From: Syntrophaceae bacterium
GTDB lineage: Bacteria > Desulfobacterota > Syntrophia > Syntrophales > UBA2185
DNA: 64,000 bases
Assembly (NCBI GenBank): GCA_003153775.1
Contig: PMBI01000043.1
Coordinates: 33,851 to 97,850, forward strand
Direction: 5' to 3'
Shown piece after piece: positions 1 to 10,724 of the stretch; the stretch's first letter is position 1, and every line of letters begins with the position of its first letter. The translations under genes were made by a program, and so were the position numbers. Below the pieces are notes generated by a model that was not told the origin of the DNA, did not search any database, and saw only the letters and a list, made by a program, of their open reading frames with translations.

Positions 1-1
1 T

Positions 2-1156
2 GTCGAGGGGAGGGAATATGTGGATTACGTTTCTTCCTGGGGTCCGATGATCCTGGGGCACAGCCATCCTGCTGTAGTTCGCGCCATTCAAAAGGCGGCG
101 GCAAGAGGAACCAGCTACGGCGCCCCGACAGAACTGGAAACGGAAATGGCAAAATTGATCGTTGATGCCTTTCCGTCTATGGACATGGTGAGGATGGTAA
201 GCTCCGGAACGGAAGCCGCCATGACCGCGATCAGGCTCGCCCGCGGGTACACGGGCCGGGAAAAAATAATCAAATTTGAGGGATGCTATCACGGTCACGC
301 CGATTCACTTCTGGTAAAGGTCGGCTCCGGAGTGGCAACTCTGGGCATCCCGGGAAGTCCCGGCGTTCCGCGAAGCCTTGCCGAACTTACCATCACGCTG
401 CCCTACAATGATATTGAGGCCGTCGTCTCCGCTGTCGAACAACATAAAGACGGCCTGGCCTGCGTCATCGTTGAACCCGTGGCGGGAAACATGGGCGTTG
501 TTCCGCCTCGCAAAGGATTTTTGGAAACCTTAAGAAAGATTACCCGCAGGCACGGAATACTCCTTATCTTTGATGAGGTCATTACAGGCTTCAGGTTGAC
601 CTATGGCGGCTTTCAGAACATCTCCGGGATAGAACCGGACCTGACGTGTCTGGGGAAGATCATCGGAGGCGGCTTACCTGTCGGGGCATTCGGAGGCAAG
701 AAGGCAATCATGGAAAAGCTCGCCCCATCGGGTCCGGTCTACCAGGCCGGCACCCTTTCCGGCAATCCGGTTGCCATGTCGGCGGGACTGGCCACACTTA
801 ATATCTTGAAAAAGAACGCCAAGGCATACTTAAGACTGGACCGCCGGACCGTCCTCCTGTGCGACGAATTGCAGAGGCTCTTCGATCATAAGAAAATTCC
901 TGTCCGTATCAACCGGTGCGGCTCAATGTTTACATTGTTCTTTACCAAAGATGACGTGTTCGATTTTACCTCTGCGGCAAAGAGCGACACATCGCTCTAT
1001 GCCCATTACTTCAGGAAAATGTTGGCAAACAAAATCTACCTTGCGCCTTCGCAGTTTGAGGCTGCGTTCCTCTCTTTCGCACACCGGGATGAAGACATAG
1101 AGAAGACGCTCCATGCCTGTGAAAAAGCGATCAGAACGCTTGCGAAAATATCGTGA
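2..1156 (+). CDS. hemL: glutamate-1-semialdehyde 2,1-aminomutase (5' end cut by window edge)
   Basis: The reading frame is open from base 2, and the listed ORF starts at 20. The translation ([12 protein letters not shown]..., [42 protein letters not shown]) is typical of the HemL class-III aminotransferase family. Confidence 0.93.
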   Translation, partial: VEGREYVDYVSSWGPMILGHSHPAVVRAIQKAAARGTSYGAPTELETEMAKLIVDAFPSMDMVRMVSSGTEAAMTAIRLARGYTGREKIIKFEGCYHGHADSLLVKVGSGVATLGIPGSPGVPRSLAELTITLPYNDIEAVVSAVEQHKDGLACVIVEPVAGNMGVVPPRKGFLETLRKITRRHGILLIFDEVITGFRLTYGGFQNISGIEPDLTCLGKIIGGGLPVGAFGGKKAIMEKLAPSGPVYQAGTLSGNPVAMSAGLATLNILKKNAKAYLRLDRRTVLLCDELQRLFDHKKIPVRINRCGSMFTLFFTKDDVFDFTSAAKSDTSLYAHYFRKMLANKIYLAPSQFEAAFLSFAHRDEDIEKTLHACEKAIRTLAKIS

Positions 1157-1212
1157 ATAACAAAGTCGTCAAGCGGGAAGAAGAAAATTTAAAAATCCAA
1201 AGGCATATAAAA

Positions 1213-2223
1213 ATGAAAAAAATCCTTGTCACCGGCGCCGCCGGTTTTATCGGATTCCATCTGTCGAGACGATTTCTCCATGCCGGCCATTCCGTGATCG
1301 GTGTGGATAATTTGAACGACTACTATGACGTCAATCTGAAGAAGGCCCGTCTCATGCTCCTTGAGGACAACAATGCCTTCCAATTTATCAAAATTGATAT
1401 TGCGGATAGGGAGAACATGGCCTCTCTTTTCAAGAGAGAGGCGCCCGCAATTTGCGTCCACATGGCGGCGCAGGCCGGAGTCAGATACTCACTGGTAAAT
1501 CCTCATGCATATCAGGAGAGCAATCTCGCCGGTTTTTTGAACATACTGGAGGGGTGCAGGCATCACGCATGCGAACATTTAGTTTTCGCCTCGTCGAGCT
1601 CGGTTTACGGGGCCAATACGGAGATGCCGTTTTCCGTGCATCAGAACGTGGATCATCCCGTGAGCCTTTATGCAGCTACAAAGAAGGCCAATGAACTGAT
1701 GGCGCATGCATATGCAAGTCTCTACAGGCTGCCCTGCACGGGGCTCCGGTTCTTTACCGTTTACGGCCCCTGGGGAAGACCGGATATGGCCCTGTTTCTG
1801 TTTACGAAGGCCATCCTGGAAGATAAGCCCATCGATGTTTATAACGCCGGTAAAATGCAGAGAGACTTTACCTACATCGATGACATCGTAGAAGGCGTCT
1901 TCAGAGTGACAAAAAAGATTCCGGAGGCCGACGCCAAATGGCGGAGTGACAAACCGGACCCTGCTACGAGCTTTGCGCCATACAAAATCTATAACATCGG
2001 CAATAACAGGCCTGTGCAGCTCCTTGAGTTCATAAATATGATTGAAAGAGCATTGGGCAAGAAGGCAAGAATGAATCCGCTTCCCATGCAGCCGGGGGAT
2101 GTGCCCAGCACATATGCAGACATTGACGATCTCATGAAAGATGTCTCCTTCAAACCGGCGACATCCGTAGAAGACGGTATCAGGCGCTTTATAGAATGGT
2201 ACAGGGAGTATTATAAGGTCTAA
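1213..2223 (+). CDS. NAD-dependent epimerase/dehydratase (UDP-glucuronate 4-epimerase-like SDR)
   Basis: It has the Rossmann motif [17 protein letters not shown] and the extended-SDR catalytic YAATK (YxxxK). The ATG at 1213 gives the usual N-terminus. The ORF track starts 60 nt earlier, at 1153. Confidence 0.85.
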   Translation: MKKILVTGAAGFIGFHLSRRFLHAGHSVIGVDNLNDYYDVNLKKARLMLLEDNNAFQFIKIDIADRENMASLFKREAPAICVHMAAQAGVRYSLVNPHAYQESNLAGFLNILEGCRHHACEHLVFASSSSVYGANTEMPFSVHQNVDHPVSLYAATKKANELMAHAYASLYRLPCTGLRFFTVYGPWGRPDMALFLFTKAILEDKPIDVYNAGKMQRDFTYIDDIVEGVFRVTKKIPEADAKWRSDKPDPATSFAPYKIYNIGNNRPVQLLEFINMIERALGKKARMNPLPMQPGDVPSTYADIDDLMKDVSFKPATSVEDGIRRFIEWYREYYKV

Positions 2224-2355
2224 GAACTAAAGATAATAATCAAAGCTACCGATATATCCTGCAGATATATTGAGACCGAGTGCAACGTTCATGAAACATA
2301 TCTTGATCTCCAGACTTATTGACTATCACCACTTGGACCCTATTGGGAGGAAAGC

Positions 2356-3039
2356 ATGATTCCGAAACTGATCGTGGCGGTGGATGGATTGAGTTTCCAT
2401 GATGCCGAGGAAAAGGGGGTATTCAGCAGCCTTTCAGAAGCTATGCTAAAAGGCATAATATGGGGGATTAAAGTCAGTGACATGCTCTACAGCGACGACG
2501 TCGCGAAGATCGTGTCACAGCTGAGAAATGAGTATAAACTGAATGTGATGGCCGATGTCAAGCTGCATGACATCCCCTCCACTATGGAAAACTGCATTAG
2601 TAAATTGGTTGACGCAGGCGCGGATATCGTCACCATCCACTGTTCGTCGAACTTCAGGCCCAAAAATGCAGGCCTCTTGAAGTACATTGCCGGTGTGACG
2701 ATACTTACTTCTTTCACGGATTTGGAAGTGAAGTGGATTTACGAGAGAACGGCTGACGATATTGTGAGGGCATTCTCAAATATAGCCCTGATGAATAATT
2801 ACGAATATATCTTTTGCTCCGTCAAGGACATCAACTACATCACGGACAACCCGTTGAAGAAAATTTGCTCGGGCATAAGGCCCCCATGGTATCGGGACAG
2901 GCATGACCAGGTTAAAATCTCTTCCTTGAAGGAAGCGGTCAGAATGGAAACGGATTTCATCGCCATTGGAAGACCCATCACGCAATCAGACAATATCATC
3001 GAGGCAATAGAAAAAATATATCAAGAGATCAGCCAGTAG
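2356..3039 (+). CDS. pyrF: orotidine 5'-phosphate decarboxylase family protein
   Basis: The motifs LIVAVDG, DVKLHDIPST (the DxKxxDIPxT signature) and a C-terminal GIRP...IAIGRPI match the PyrF fold. A GGAGG RBS sits upstream of the ATG. The sequence is fairly divergent, so the exact substrate is less certain. Confidence 0.6.
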   Translation: MIPKLIVAVDGLSFHDAEEKGVFSSLSEAMLKGIIWGIKVSDMLYSDDVAKIVSQLRNEYKLNVMADVKLHDIPSTMENCISKLVDAGADIVTIHCSSNFRPKNAGLLKYIAGVTILTSFTDLEVKWIYERTADDIVRAFSNIALMNNYEYIFCSVKDINYITDNPLKKICSGIRPPWYRDRHDQVKISSLKEAVRMETDFIAIGRPITQSDNIIEAIEKIYQEISQ

Positions 3040-3079
3040 TATCGGCCCATGAGGATGCTGATTCGGCGGGAATGGCCGG

Positions 3080-4609
3080 CTACCTGAGCTCTACTCCATA
3101 ATAGTAGTGTCTCAGAATGTCGCCGTATGAGAATCCTTCGCGGGCCATGATGTAAGCGCCCCACTGACTCATGCCGACACCGTGGCCGCTTCCCTTCCCC
3201 TCAAGGTGGATCTCATCTCCTTCATTCGTCATCGTAAAAAGAGTGCTCTTGACCTGGGTGGGATCGGTCTTCAACCTGAAATCATTGCCGGTCAGCACGC
3301 TCTCCCTGCCGCCATGGAATATCTTGATCTTCGTCACTCTACCGGAGGGGCTGATATCAACAGGCATCACTTTCTCAATCTGACCGACATCAAGGCCCTT
3401 CTTGTTGAGGGCTGTCCTGATCTTATCGATGTTCAGGGAAAGCTTCCACGCACAGCCCGGCGCTTTGGCGCTGTAATCGTCACGGACCGCCTTCAGATAG
3501 GGGACGTCCGCGCTCCACACGCGGCTTGCCTCTTCCGTCATACCGCCGCTGTTGGCATGAAAATATGTAAGCGCCAGTTGACCGTCATAGAGGAGCACCA
3601 TACCCGTTGTCTCATCCACTGCCTGATTGGACGTGGCCGCCTCTGCCCCCGCTCCACCATAGACCTGGGATGCTGTCGTAGCAATTACGTCGTATTCTTT
3701 GTCCTTGCTTTTATCCTTCTGGTACAGGGCATAGGTTCTTGCGGCAATCGCCTGGGCCTTGAGAGCCTCAAGAGGCCATCGGGGGGACATCTCCTTCGGG
3801 ACGACACCATAGAGATAGGACTCCACATCGAGAACATTAATCACATCTATATCACCCCTGACGCTCTTCTCTATCCTGAGCTCGCCCCTGTAGGGTGTAC
3901 CGTTCAGATTCAACCATCGGTCCTCCAACGGCACGATCACCAGCTTATCCCGGGAAAGACTATTGCCATCGAGCCTTATATTGCCTCCTGAGATCGTAAG
4001 CGCGGCGCTTCGGACCCTGCCGGACATATCTTTTCCATAGCCGTCCCTCACTTGAAATGTGGAGGTTGAATCCACGCGGAGGGCATGAATACCAGTCACC
4101 ACGAGAACCCTGACATTCTCTTCTTTCGCTTTTTTAAAGGATGGTTTTTCTTCCTTTACGGCAGGAGGCGGTCGCGAACACGTTTCTATCATAAACTCCG
4201 CCGTGTCTCTCCTGTCGCCGCGGGGGTATCTTTTCAGGTATGTCTTGAATTCATTAAGCGCCTCTTTGTACCTGTTCTTCTCATACAGAATCATCCCGGA
4301 GTTGAAATGGGCGTTTGCTGCATACATGCTGCTTTCATATTTCTTTATGACGACGCTGTATTTTTCCAGCGCCTTCTCGTTATTGTTTAGAAAGTAGCTG
4401 TAAATATCACCTATCCTGAGTGTTGCCCTGGCTTTCATCTCCGGGTCGGGGGAGACGTCTGCAATATCCTGATAGGCCCCCACTGCCTCAAGGTACTGCC
4501 CGCTTCTCAAGAACGCATCTGCATCTTCCATGGCCTGATTGGCATTATAGGCAAGACATGGACAAGCTCCGCCCAGGACGAAAATGATAAGCAGGACATA
4601 ATATATCAT
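3080..4609 (-). CDS. SpoIID/LytB domain protein with N-terminal signal peptide and TPR repeats
   Basis: The C-terminal two thirds carry SpoIID hallmarks (LKAQAIAARTYAL, YHANSGGMTE, GHGVGMSQWGA). The N-terminus has a hydrophobic signal sequence and TPR-like repeats. Confidence 0.85.
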   Translation of the reverse strand: MIYYVLLIIFVLGGACPCLAYNANQAMEDADAFLRSGQYLEAVGAYQDIADVSPDPEMKARATLRIGDIYSYFLNNNEKALEKYSVVIKKYESSMYAANAHFNSGMILYEKNRYKEALNEFKTYLKRYPRGDRRDTAEFMIETCSRPPPAVKEEKPSFKKAKEENVRVLVVTGIHALRVDSTSTFQVRDGYGKDMSGRVRSAALTISGGNIRLDGNSLSRDKLVIVPLEDRWLNLNGTPYRGELRIEKSVRGDIDVINVLDVESYLYGVVPKEMSPRWPLEALKAQAIAARTYALYQKDKSKDKEYDVIATTASQVYGGAGAEAATSNQAVDETTGMVLLYDGQLALTYFHANSGGMTEEASRVWSADVPYLKAVRDDYSAKAPGCAWKLSLNIDKIRTALNKKGLDVGQIEKVMPVDISPSGRVTKIKIFHGGRESVLTGNDFRLKTDPTQVKSTLFTMTNEGDEIHLEGKGSGHGVGMSQWGAYIMAREGFSYGDILRHYYYGVELR

Positions 4610-4639
4610 GTGATTAACTGGCCAATGATATTTAATCGG

Positions 4640-5012
4640 TGTCAGACCAGATCATAAGCCGAGTTCTGTCCCGCCTTTCCGTCACCGGAAAGACGGTGAT
4701 GATCATCAATCTGGGACAGCAGTTGCCTGCTGCCTCAAGCGACACTACCCGAGAACGTCAAGCGGGCCACTTTTATTGTTCTCCTATTTGGTCTTGCTCC
4801 GGATGGGGTTTACCAAGCTTTCCCGGTCACCCGGGAAACTGGTGAGCTCTTACCTCGCCTTTTCACCCTTACCTGCCAATGACAGGCGGTATATTTTCTG
4901 TGGCACTTTCCTTAGGGTCGCCCCCAGTCGCCGTTAGCGACCATCCTGCCCTGCGGAGCTCGGACTTTCCTCCAGCCCGGAAGACCGGGCCAGCGATCAT
5001 CTGATCTGCTCC
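4640..5012 (-). ncRNA. rnpB: RNase P RNA, bacterial type A
   Basis: The reverse complement contains the universally conserved blocks GGAGGAAAGTCCGAGCTCC, GGTAAGGGTGAAAAGG, GGTAAACCCCATCCGGAGCAAGACCAAATAGG and ACAGAACTCGGCTTA. A P1 helix can form between CAGATCA near the 5' end and TGATCTG near the 3' end. The ends are approximate, +/-5 nt. Confidence 0.9.
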
Positions 5013-5261
5013 AACACCTTTATCTTTTTTTACTATAGTCAATTTCACCGCAAAAGAGAAGTTATTATATGAAGATCATCACTGAGGGGGCCGCTGGCAA
5101 CTATGAGGATGCAAGCAGTCTGTGAACTGCCACGATGGCGCAGCATCAACGATATGCGGGAACTGTTAGAGAGTTATTTGGAATTCGGCAGCGAGCATTC
5201 CCCGCGGCTTGCTGCGGAGAGCTTCAATTTAGAAACTGAGATTCCAGATTGGAACGAGGGA

Positions 5262-5681
5262 TCAGACGGCTTCGTCTATGGCTTCATTGGCCAATTTGTC
5301 GGCCATGTGATTCAGGCTTCTATCGATATGCGCCACTTTATAACCGTCAAAATACGACAGTAATTTTCTCACTTCGGACATCAGGGTTTTCAGATTTTCG
5401 TTTTTCACCTTATATGAGCCTTTTATCTGATTGACCAGGAGCTCTGAATCAAGAAATATGTTGAGTCGTCCGTATCGCTTTTTTAAGGCCTCCTCCAAAC
5501 CAAAAATCAGGGCTTTGTATTCGGCGATATTATTTGTGCAATGTCCGAGTGAACGTCTCACGGTCGCGACGATTTCTCCTCTTTCATCCACCAGGACAGC
5601 TCCGGCGCCGCCCTGCCCGGGATTTCCCCTGCATGCCCCATCGGTGTAAAGATTCACAGCCGGTCTATCCATTATTCTCAC
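5262..5681 (-). CDS. rnhA: ribonuclease HI family protein
   Basis: The sequences YTDGACRGNPGQGGAGAVL, NNIAEYKALIFGLEEAL and DSELLVNQI are RNase H-fold catalytic-site motifs. The gene overlaps the stop of the upstream gene by 17 nt. Confidence 0.85.
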   Translation of the reverse strand: MRIMDRPAVNLYTDGACRGNPGQGGAGAVLVDERGEIVATVRRSLGHCTNNIAEYKALIFGLEEALKKRYGRLNIFLDSELLVNQIKGSYKVKNENLKTLMSEVRKLLSYFDGYKVAHIDRSLNHMADKLANEAIDEAV

Positions 5682-6387
5682 CCTGACTATGCCAGTAGAT
5701 GATACGGTTACAGTTCGGACAGGTTAAGAGATCCACAGACGTTTGCAGTTCATTATACATCTGAGGAGGTATGTTCATGTGGCAACCGCCGCAGACTTCC
5801 TTCCATACCAATGCCACGGCCACGCCATTTCTTCTGCCTTTAATTCTCTCATACCTTTTGAGAAGTTCGTCACGAATCTGTTTCCTGAGCGCAGCGGTTC
5901 TCTGCTCCGCTTCCTGAAGATCGTGGTCAAGCTGAGCTATCTCTTTCTCCAGCTTTTCCTTTTCCCTTTCATACTGCGACCTGTGAGTCGAAAAATCTTT
6001 CACTTTTGTCTTCACCTCGGTCCTCATACGGTCAATCTCTTCCAAACCGGAGATGATTTCATCTTCGATCTCGCTGTTCTTGTTCTCTATGGTCTCAATT
6101 TCCTTCAACATGGCCTGATATTCCTTGTTTGTCTTTACCTCCAACAGGCGATCTTTTGTCTTTTTCAGGGTATCGATGCCTTTTCTTAACTTGTCTTCCT
6201 TCTCACCCTGCAGTTCATTCAATTCCTCAAACTTTTTCTTGCTTTCCTCCACGCTTTTCGCGGAGTCCGCGAATCCTTCATCCATCCGCAAAATTTTATC
6301 GGGCAGTTCGCCTTTCTTCCCGATTATTTTACCTACGATCAAATCGAGTTTCTGGAGCTCAATTAAGAATGATAACTGTTCTTTCAA
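5665..6387 (-). CDS. coiled-coil protein with C-terminal C4 zinc ribbon (COG1579/DUF164-like)
   Basis: It has a long heptad-rich coiled coil followed by CGGCHMNIPPQ...CPNCNRI. As far as I recall, this family commonly neighbours rnhA. Confidence 0.7.
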   Translation of the reverse strand: MKEQLSFLIELQKLDLIVGKIIGKKGELPDKILRMDEGFADSAKSVEESKKKFEELNELQGEKEDKLRKGIDTLKKTKDRLLEVKTNKEYQAMLKEIETIENKNSEIEDEIISGLEEIDRMRTEVKTKVKDFSTHRSQYEREKEKLEKEIAQLDHDLQEAEQRTAALRKQIRDELLKRYERIKGRRNGVAVALVWKEVCGGCHMNIPPQMYNELQTSVDLLTCPNCNRIIYWHSQGENNG

Positions 6388-6470
6388 AAGAATCCCCTTT
6401 CATCTTCATTTATCAACCGGGGCGCCGTATCCATTAATGCATCCTTGAAGTCAAGATCTGTCATCGGTGC

Positions 6471-6500
6471 AAAAAAAAAGTGCACCAACATGTGGTGCAC
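6471..6500 (-). terminator. intrinsic terminator downstream of the rpoD-tRNA unit
   Basis: On the minus strand the stem is GTGCACC (6500-6494), a 7-nt loop and GGTGCAC (6486-6480). A run of nine T follows (6479-6471). Confidence 0.8.
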
Positions 6501-6662
6501 TTGATTCTTCAGGATATTTCTCCCCTGATGCTTTGTTGAAATGCCTGCTGATATCTTTCCCGGACACATATAGATATTACTCTCACTACAGATGCAGCTG
6601 TGCATATAATCATATGCCTTACACGCAGTACAAAATTGCAGCACCTGGCTTTTCAATTATCG

Positions 6663-6738
6663 TGGTGGGCCCACCTGGGTTCGAACCAGGGACCTACCGG
6701 TTATGAGCCGGTGGCTCTTCCAATTGAGCTATGGGCCC
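6663..6738 (-). tRNA. tRNA with CAU anticodon (elongator Met or lysidine-modified Ile2; not initiator), CCA encoded
   Basis: A 76-nt cloverleaf was folded by hand: acceptor GGGCCCA/TGGGCCC, D arm GCTC..GAGC, anticodon stem ACCGG/CCGGT with loop CTCATAA, and T arm CCTGG-TTCGAAC-CCAGG. The G1-C72 pair and the lack of a 3xGC anticodon stem argue against fMet. Confidence 0.92.
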
Positions 6739-6815
6739 GTCATTACTTCTTGCGAAAGATCCTGCCTCAGTTGCAAACTGTTTATTTATACTTCTTGCTT
6801 TATGCTTGTCAATCT

Positions 6816-8564
6816 TTATTTCGCTGCCGGTCGGAAGACCTTCCTTCTCGACGGGTTTCTCAATTTTCTGACCGTATTTGCCTCTAACTGTTTGTTCCGC
6901 TCCCTGTTAATCTCCAAGTGACTCTTTTCCCTCTCCGACGAGTAATCGCTCCTTTCGCTGATTCCAAATCGCATCCTCAACACTTTTTCTTCTCTCGGCG
7001 TCAATGTCGATAATATCTTTCTTGTTTGTTCCGCGAGATTCATGCTTATCGTAGCTTCTGAAGGCGACATAATCTTCTTATCAACGATAAAATCACCAAG
7101 ATGACTATCTTCTTCCTCGCCTATAGGCGTCTCGAGAGATATGGGCTCTTTGGCTATTTTTAAAACTTTTCTCACCTTTTCCAAGGGATACTCCATCTTA
7201 TTCGCAATTTCCTCAGGATTTGGCTCTCTGCCCAATTCCTGCACCAGGTAACGTGATGTGCGAATCAGCTTATTTATCGTCTCAATCATATGGACGGGAA
7301 TTCTTATGGTCCTTGCCTGATCGGCAATCGCCCGAGTTATCGCCTGCCTGATCCACCATGTGGCATAAGTGGAAAATTTATATCCTCGTTGATATTCGAA
7401 CTTATCAACTGCTTTCATCAAACCGATATTCCCCTCCTGGATAAGATCCAGAAATTGCAATCCTCGACTTGTATACTTTTTCGCTATGCTTACAACCAGG
7501 CGCAGGTTTGCTTCCACCAGTTTTCTCTTGGCTCTCTCGGCTTTTCTCTCTCCCCTCTCGATGACGGTAACAATCTTTTTCAAAGCAGATATAGAGATCC
7601 CTATTTCCTGTGCGATTGCCGCTGTTGTCTTCTTCGCTTCCCCTACGAGAGCTTCGCATTCTTTCAACTTTTGAATTGATATCCTCGTCTCTTTATCGAT
7701 TACGCGACCGGCCGGCAACTTTTTTACGCGTTTCCATGCCTTCTCCATCTCATTGAGGGACAGTCCCGTTGTTTCCTTGCATCTGCGAAGGTCCCGCTCC
7801 GCCTTTTCTCCTGCGGTCACATAGCCCTTCAGCTTCGAGGCCATTCTTTCTATCTGTCTCTTGCTGAATTTGACTTTTCTGCAGAGACGAATGATGTTCC
7901 TGATATTTTTTTCAAGTTCCTCTTCGGCAACGCTTCTCTCTTTCTTGCGCAGGCTCTTTAGTTTAAGCTTTTTCTTAAGGGTGTCATTCTTCCTGTCTAA
8001 GGCAGTTATCCTGTCAATCAGTTTCACTACCCTTTCCTTATGCATATCCTCTTCAACAAAACCGTCTTCATCCTCAAGATTTGCTACTATACTCTTTATG
8101 CGGATATCACCGCTCTTGATTTTCTTGCCTATATCCACGACATCCTTCACCAGGGCCGTTACACCAAAGATGGAGTCCATGACTTCCTTCTCTCCCTCTT
8201 CGATCTTCTTTGCTATCTCAACTTCTCCTTCTCTCGAGAGTAAGGACACAAGCCCCATTTCGCGAAGGTACATCTTGACAGGATCGCCGGTCTTTCCCAC
8301 GGTAGCCATGAGATCAAGAATGTCTTCCTCTTTGACCTCAGCCCTTTCATCGGCGACCTTTTTCACAACCAGTTTTTCGCCTTTGTCAGTATCGATGATG
8401 TCTATATTTTTCTCACCAAAGAGCATGATGATATCATCTATCTGGTCCGAAGATATGACGTCGGATGGCAGCAAATCGTTAACATCATCATAGGTCAGGA
8501 AACCTTTCGACTCGCCCAATGATATTAACTTCTTAAATTCTTCCGATTCCATTTCTTTTCCCAT
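6816..8564 (-). CDS. rpoD: RNA polymerase primary sigma factor (sigma-70)
   Basis: Regions 1.1, 2 ([53 protein letters not shown]), 3 and 4.1 are canonical. Region 4.2 is unusually diverged (see findings). The gene sits in the classical dnaG-rpoD arrangement. Confidence 0.93.
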   Translation of the reverse strand: MGKEMESEEFKKLISLGESKGFLTYDDVNDLLPSDVISSDQIDDIIMLFGEKNIDIIDTDKGEKLVVKKVADERAEVKEEDILDLMATVGKTGDPVKMYLREMGLVSLLSREGEVEIAKKIEEGEKEVMDSIFGVTALVKDVVDIGKKIKSGDIRIKSIVANLEDEDGFVEEDMHKERVVKLIDRITALDRKNDTLKKKLKLKSLRKKERSVAEEELEKNIRNIIRLCRKVKFSKRQIERMASKLKGYVTAGEKAERDLRRCKETTGLSLNEMEKAWKRVKKLPAGRVIDKETRISIQKLKECEALVGEAKKTTAAIAQEIGISISALKKIVTVIERGERKAERAKRKLVEANLRLVVSIAKKYTSRGLQFLDLIQEGNIGLMKAVDKFEYQRGYKFSTYATWWIRQAITRAIADQARTIRIPVHMIETINKLIRTSRYLVQELGREPNPEEIANKMEYPLEKVRKVLKIAKEPISLETPIGEEEDSHLGDFIVDKKIMSPSEATISMNLAEQTRKILSTLTPREEKVLRMRFGISERSDYSSEREKSHLEINRERNKQLEANTVRKLRNPSRRKVFRPAAK

Positions 8565-8617
8565 ATTGGTTTCTCCCGGTGCTTTTTATTCAAAAAACAA
8601 ATTTAAACACGTTGTTT

Positions 8618-10399
8618 TCACAACGACGTCTTTTCTTCTTTCTGCAATGTTTGCAGCTCTTCCAAGAGCCTTGCCCACAGCTCTTGATTATCGTTCTCCT
8701 CGGCCTTCTTTATTTTCGTCTTCAAGACCCGGCATCTTTCCTTGTACCACTTCCGTTTAATCTGTTTCATCGCATCCGCAGTCACGCGGTCAATTAGCTT
8801 TTCATCGTAAGGATTCTCGTCTATCATCATGCGAAGAAGCTTCTTCTTTATAAACTCGTTATCAATCGCCTGTATGAACTGTGATGCATCAAAGCCTTTT
8901 GCTCCTTCCTTTGCATAATAATCCGTTAGCTTCAGGGCGAGAGATTTCAGATTCACGCTCATAAAGCAATCAAAGATATTTTTTTTGGCAATTTCAGGAA
9001 CCATGGAAGGAAATTCGAGCATGATGTGGATAATACTCAGCTCCACCGCGTCGATTTCCATCTCAGGTTCTCTTGAAACATCTGCCTTCTTTGGAGGAGC
9101 AGCCTTCAGGACTATATTGACCTCTTTTGTCAGAAGCTCTTGATCCAGACCTATTTTCTCCGATACCCTTTTTATGAATAGATCCCTCTCTCTTGTATTA
9201 TCGATATGGATAATAAAAGACACGGCTTCCTTCAGGGCATCTCTCTTTTCTTCATAGGTCGCGACTCTCCCGATAACATTCTCGATATAGTAATCTACCA
9301 GGGACCCGGCTTTATCGATGATTTCCATAAATGCTTCTTTTCCGTGCGTCCTCAAATATTGATCAGGATCATAGCCATCCGGAAGTACAACGCCCTTTGC
9401 ATGCATATTCCCGGAAAGAAATAATTCTATGCTCCTCGTCAGTGCCTTCTTCCCGGCTTCATCAGGATCAAACACTACCGCGACGTGCGAAGTATAGCGC
9501 CGTATTAGATCGACATGATCTCGCGTCAGAGCGGTCCCGAGTGTGGCGATAACATTCCTGACGCCGGAAGCCCACAAGGTGATTAAATCAAAATATCCTT
9601 CTACGAGGATGGCATAACCTTCCTTGCGGATGTCTTCTTTCGTACGGTTGAGGCCGTAGAGATTCCTTCCCTTGATGTATACGGGCGATTCCGAAGTATT
9701 CAGATACTTCGGTTCCCCGCTACCTATAATCCTGCCGCCGAAGGCAATGACACTGTCGCCGATGTCCTGTATGGGGAACATTAACCTCCCCCTGAACCGG
9801 TCGTAAAAAGATCCACCCCCGTTCGCCTTTGGAATGACCAGTCCCGACTGTTCAACAAGCTTCAAGGGTATGCCCGCCTTTTCGAAATGGTCCCTCAGAT
9901 GCCTCCATCCATCAAGGGCATATCCAAGGCCGAATTCCTTGATTACGTCATCCTGTATCCCCCTTTTTCTCAGGTAGTCTCGCGCCTCTTTGCCCGCCTG
10001 CGAAAATAGGTTCTTGGAGAAATACGCCGCCGCCATCTTGTTGACACGGCCGACATCGTTCCTGACGCTAAATGACTCCTTCTCTTCGCGGGTCAACACC
10101 CTCTCAGGGATGATAACCCCCGTCTTACCCGCCAGATGCCTTACCGCCTCAGGAAAAGACATATCACTCATCTTCATCAGAAATGTCAGAACATTGCCTC
10201 CCTCACCGCATCCGAAACAGTAGAATATCTGCTTGTCCCGATTCACCGTAAAGGAAGGCGTTTTCTCCTTGTGAAAAGGGCAGAGTCCGAGAAAGTTTTT
10301 CCCTCCCTTTTTGAGCGTGACATATTCGGAAACCAGATCAACGATATCCGCCCTTCTTTTTACCTCTTCTATTTTATCCGGAGGAATATGTCCTTTCAC
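8618..10399 (-). CDS. dnaG: DNA primase
   Basis: It has the zinc-binding motif CPFHKEKTPSFTV...YCFGCGEGGN and the Toprim motifs EGYFD and DPDEAG. The length is 593 aa. Confidence 0.93.
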   Translation of the reverse strand: MKGHIPPDKIEEVKRRADIVDLVSEYVTLKKGGKNFLGLCPFHKEKTPSFTVNRDKQIFYCFGCGEGGNVLTFLMKMSDMSFPEAVRHLAGKTGVIIPERVLTREEKESFSVRNDVGRVNKMAAAYFSKNLFSQAGKEARDYLRKRGIQDDVIKEFGLGYALDGWRHLRDHFEKAGIPLKLVEQSGLVIPKANGGGSFYDRFRGRLMFPIQDIGDSVIAFGGRIIGSGEPKYLNTSESPVYIKGRNLYGLNRTKEDIRKEGYAILVEGYFDLITLWASGVRNVIATLGTALTRDHVDLIRRYTSHVAVVFDPDEAGKKALTRSIELFLSGNMHAKGVVLPDGYDPDQYLRTHGKEAFMEIIDKAGSLVDYYIENVIGRVATYEEKRDALKEAVSFIIHIDNTRERDLFIKRVSEKIGLDQELLTKEVNIVLKAAPPKKADVSREPEMEIDAVELSIIHIMLEFPSMVPEIAKKNIFDCFMSVNLKSLALKLTDYYAKEGAKGFDASQFIQAIDNEFIKKKLLRMMIDENPYDEKLIDRVTADAMKQIKRKWYKERCRVLKTKIKKAEENDNQELWARLLEELQTLQKEEKTSL

Positions 10400-10724
10400 T
10401 GCCTCCTGCCTCTATCCTTTCAGGACAAGAACATAGACGCCGATAAATCGCCAAAAGGGGCGGAGGTATCAGGTCTTCTTACAAGAAGTTCCGAGTGGCA
10501 AATCATAGGCCGGGAGCACTTCCAATGGGTCTGCCCGTACGGCGGGAGAAAGGGCGCAATGCAGAATAATTTCTACCTTGCCCGGGAGTTCATCTATCTT
10601 CAATTTTCTCGATGACTGATATGAATTCAGCCCCTTATCCCCCTATACTGAAAAGGGAGGGGTACTTATCGTAGCACTAACCTCTATGCAGAGACCTTCC
10701 CAAATTCATAAAATATATGTCCGA

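Noticed and set aside
2250-2275. A direct repeat, GATATAT-N6-GATATAT, upstream of the pyrF-family gene.
   Set aside because: It is short, AT-rich and easily arises by chance. No associated regulator or symmetry supports an operator call.
3182-3991. A 269-aa plus-strand ORF.
   Set aside because: It is antisense to the SpoIID-domain gene, whose motifs are unambiguous.
4639-4845. A 68-aa plus-strand ORF between spoIID and rnhA.
   Set aside because: The region is RNase P RNA on the opposite strand. The ORF is incidental.
6600-6921. Small plus-strand ORFs (95 aa and 72 aa) spanning the tRNA and the rpoD 3' end.
   Set aside because: They overlap a hand-folded tRNA and the rpoD coding end. They have no RBS or homology.
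7861-8493. A 210-aa Ser/Phe/Leu-rich plus-strand ORF.
   Set aside because: It is antisense to rpoD. Its low-complexity composition mirrors the Glu/Lys-rich codons of the rpoD spacer region.
10400-10724. The 325-bp gap between yqeY and dnaG, where rpsU is often found.
   Set aside because: I translated all three minus-strand frames by eye. The longest ORF is ~28 codons with no S21 resemblance, and I saw no convincing RNA structure. The gap is left unannotated.
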